IMG/VR virus record: IMGVR_UViG_3300044972_000763
Location: 1 to 61,730 of that record
DNA length: 61,730 nucleotides
Source: a virus
Direction: 5' to 3' (one strand)
The position numbers and the translations under genes were made by a program. Below are positions 59,810 to 61,730 of this stretch, one piece after another (position 1 is the first letter of the stretch; the number at the start of each line of letters is the position of its first letter). The notes under the pieces are model-generated. The model saw nothing but the letters and a program-made list of their open reading frames with translations, ran no database searches and was not told the DNA's origin.

Positions 59810-60164
59810 GCTCGTCTAGGACCGATTGAAGATTAGGGGGCGCCCATCCTGAAGGCTTGAGAATCTTTCCGTCTGACCGGCGCTTTACCAAGCCCGTTTC
59901 AGGATCAACCTTAGCCATGTTAGAAACATGCACAGCATCCCACAATTCCTTCATCGGCCAACCACGGGATAGACCGTAGCCAATACACACCACGATAATA
60001 TCAATGATGGCATCGGCTAGGTCGCGTTCCGCATAGGCTTCCTTAAACTCCTCGTATTCCTCGCGGATCAACTCGGCATACATATTGGCTTGCTTTGGGT
60101 TAAACCGATCAACGGTTTGACCGCAAGCCTCCATGAAGTCTGCCTGATCGTCAAAGATGCTCAT
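59784..60164 (-). CDS. MazG-like all-alpha nucleotide pyrophosphohydrolase
   Basis: LIREEYEEFKEAYAERDLADAIIDIIVVCIGYG fits the EExxE...D pattern of MazG/HisE-like NTP-PPases. Confidence 0.55.
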   Translation of the reverse strand: MSIFDDQADFMEACGQTVDRFNPKQANMYAELIREEYEEFKEAYAERDLADAIIDIIVVCIGYGLSRGWPMKELWDAVHVSNMAKVDPETGLVKRRSDGKILKPSGWAPPNLQSVLDEHEARNGDS

Positions 60165-60361
60165 AGTCCTAGTTCCTTCTCTTTGTCTTTATCCCTATCC
60201 GGTAGTGGGGACCAAGCCATGTAATACTTGGTATCATCCTTGATGCTGCCGATTACAGCCACGCCAGAAGATGTAAGCAACAGGCACCTCCTTTCCCTGG
60301 GGCAAAGGTTCATGTCGTATATCCATCCCGCCGCGCCAGATAGGGCCGGTATCATTCCCAA
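60161..60361 (-). CDS. hypothetical protein (66 aa)
   Basis: Track ORF. Confidence 0.5.
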   Translation of the reverse strand: MGMIPALSGAAGWIYDMNLCPRERRCLLLTSSGVAVIGSIKDDTKYYMAWSPLPDRDKDKEKELGL

Positions 60362-60585
60362 GTCCTCGGACTTAGCTTCTTCGCTGCTTTATACCAGCAG
60401 CCGCCGATGCTATCCCAAAACCTGTTGTTGTCCTTTTCATAAGCGACCCATGTCTCTACACACTTATGAACGTCATGTAGATACAGTTCCCCGTCGCTTA
60501 CTGCTCTGGACGCCACTTGAAACCCATTACGGAGCATGGCTGCCGCGATGAGTTCCTTTGTGTGCGCCACTACTCCGTACGCCAT
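60352..60585 (-). CDS. hypothetical protein (77 aa)
   Basis: Track ORF. Confidence 0.5.
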   Translation of the reverse strand: MAYGVVAHTKELIAAAMLRNGFQVASRAVSDGELYLHDVHKCVETWVAYEKDNNRFWDSIGGCWYKAAKKLSPRTWE

Positions 60586-60821
60586 ATCCGCACCCCTTCC
60601 CCTGCCAATCCTGTATTTTCCCGCTGAACGGTAAATTTGCGTAAGAGTTTCTTGCCATGTGTGGAAACAAACACACAGGCTGTGGGGTATTTCTTCTGAA
60701 CAAAGAAAGACTCCCCCACTTCCATGATCTTCATGGTATGCAGGATAGACTTATTGATAGGCGTCATTTTACCCGCATGTGGAATAGGTATTTCAATACC
60801 CTTTTCAATCTCGATTTCCAT
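60570..60821 (-). CDS. hypothetical protein (83 aa)
   Basis: Track ORF. Confidence 0.5.
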   Translation of the reverse strand: MEIEIEKGIEIPIPHAGKMTPINKSILHTMKIMEVGESFFVQKKYPTACVFVSTHGKKLLRKFTVQRENTGLAGEGVRIWRTE

Positions 60822-61032
60822 TCTCTACTCCTGTAATCAATGCCGAAACTGGCAAGTCACCATCTTTATCAATGGGAACCCATTTCCCATCTAAGAGGCC
60901 GATCCAATCCCCGGCCTCCCATTCTTTGTCTGGCCTGGGCAGAAGGTCTAACTCCCGCTTGATCCATCCCTCCGGTGCTTCCGCATAGACTCGCACCAAT
61001 CTAACGGGTTGATCCCCTTCGTATCCCACCAT
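60805..61032 (-). CDS. hypothetical protein (start uncertain)
   Basis: Track ORF. Overlaps the 3' end of 60948..61244 by 85 nt. Confidence 0.4.
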   Translation of the reverse strand: MVGYEGDQPVRLVRVYAEAPEGWIKRELDLLPRPDKEWEAGDWIGLLDGKWVPIDKDGDLPVSALITGVENGNRD

Positions 61033-61244
61033 GTCTTTTCATCCCCAAACATGTGCAATTCCAGATGATGCTCGGCGCATAGAGGAACCGCCCAATCATC
61101 CCCTGACTTCAGCCCCATTGCGGAAGGTTCCGCGAACATGAGGTGGTGAGCCTGCGCCCATCTATCGCAGATCAGGCAACCATGTTCCCTGACCTTTGAG
61201 AGATAGGCTTTACTGCGGAAGCGTTTAGTCTTTGGCCCCATCAA
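60948..61244 (-). CDS. DUF968/Ref-like HNH-type nuclease candidate
   Basis: HGCLICDRWAQAHHL...GLKSGDDWAVPLCAEHHLELH matches the remembered C..C..HH...PLC..HH pattern. Confidence 0.5.
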   Translation of the reverse strand: MMGPKTKRFRSKAYLSKVREHGCLICDRWAQAHHLMFAEPSAMGLKSGDDWAVPLCAEHHLELHMFGDEKTWWDTKGINPLDWCESMRKHRRDGSSGS

Positions 61245-61522
61245 AAAGGCACGGAGTCATCATCGTCACGGGACGGCGAACCACTGGATTCAGGCTTCTC
61301 GTAGGGCTTAGATGCCGATAAAGAGATAAATGTTCCGCCTGTTCTGGTGGGCTTATTCCAGCCAGAAAGCTGCATTTTCAGCGGTTCATTCTTCTTCGCC
61401 ATAGCGATAAGATGATTCAGGGTTTCCCGAGAGATTTCCAGATTTCCGGTATAATCCGGGGCCTTGGGTGATCGCTTCTTGTCCTGATGAAACAAGACGC
61501 CACCAGGGGGGTAATTACTCAT
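61241..61522 (-). CDS. small SSB-like protein with a canonical acidic SSB tail
   Basis: The C-terminus SRDDDDSVPF resembles the bacterial SSB tip DDDIPF. Sits directly upstream of, and coupled to, the ERF-like gene. Confidence 0.5.
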   Translation of the reverse strand: MSNYPPGGVLFHQDKKRSPKAPDYTGNLEISRETLNHLIAMAKKNEPLKMQLSGWNKPTRTGGTFISLSASKPYEKPESSGSPSRDDDDSVPF

Positions 61523-61730
61523 GCTGATTCTCCTTCAGGTTTCTTGCTGAGTTCTTTGCGCCTTGCTGTGAAGGCGGCTAAAAGGTTGTTGTAGGCTTCT
61601 TCACTAAAATTCTGGACGCGCTTGATTGGACCATTCCTGTTGTCAGCCCAATACTTAGTGAGGTCGCTGTCAGACTTGGCGTCCGGCAGGAATTTTGTGA
61701 TGGCATTTTCAATCCACGCAACAAGCGTGG
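61519..61730 (-). CDS. ERF-like SSAP, 3' part (61604-61730 duplicates bases 1-127)
   Basis: Same frame continues ...RVQNFSEEAYNNLLAAFTARRKELSKKPEGESA then stop TGA at 61521-61519. That stop overlaps the next gene's ATG (ATGA). Confidence 0.6.
   Translation of the reverse strand, partial: TLVAWIENAITKFLPDAKSDSDLTKYWADNRNGPIKRVQNFSEEAYNNLLAAFTARRKELSKKPEGESA
61604..61730. repeat. 127-bp exact terminal duplication, copy 2
   Basis: Identical to 1-127. Fits circular-contig overlap better than a biological terminal repeat. Confidence 0.95.

Noticed and set aside
1-61730. Diversity-generating retroelement, retron, integrase/attP or lysogeny module
   Set aside because: I recognised no reverse transcriptase, integrase or recombinase-type ORF in any frame. 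The repeats found are explained by coding repeats or gene-boundary cassettes.

Overview
The window looks like one complete, circularly closed tailed-phage genome of about 61.6 kb. Bases 1-127 repeat exactly at 61604-61730, and an ERF-like gene reads through that join.

Layout:
- Leftward early/recombination genes run from about 61.5 kb across the join to about 7.7 kb. They include an SSB-tail protein, an ERF-like annealase, a Gly/Tyr repeat protein, a Cas4-like exonuclease, a divergent RusA, and many small paralogous ORFs.
- A short rightward replication block at 8.2-11.2 kb carries a metallophosphoesterase, a Zn-ribbon ORF and a primase-helicase.
- A second leftward block of about 25 small ORFs at 11.4-18.9 kb includes a pentapeptide-repeat protein and an ArdA-like protein.
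- A rightward late block at 19.1-54.9 kb runs: terS, an 880-bp repeat-rich gap, intein-containing terL, portal, GroES-like protein, scaffold, capsid, a homing-endonuclease-like insert, fibre/tail genes, an embedded lysis cassette, four ejection-type proteins and a 2090-aa polyvalent protein.
- A third leftward block at 54.8-61.5 kb carries thyX, HTH proteins, a SleB-like hydrolase, a MazG-like protein and a DUF968/HNH-like protein.

I recognised no DNA polymerase, RNA polymerase, integrase, tRNA, CRISPR array or reverse transcriptase.

Most worth follow-up:
- the polyvalent virion protein (metallopeptidase-like plus ART-like signatures)
- a class-3-type intein in the terL P-loop
- a [G/S]Y[G/S]-type low-complexity ORF made of 42 tandem hexamers inside the recombination module
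- a tandem Met/Lys/Gly-rich small-protein family
- a pentapeptide-repeat gene with near-perfect 15-bp DNA repeats
- the repeat-laden terS-terL gap, which ends in a terminator 9 nt before terL

All functional calls rest on motifs read by eye and remembered family signatures. No HMM or BLAST search was run. Several start codons were re-chosen from the ORF track using RBS and stop/start coupling.
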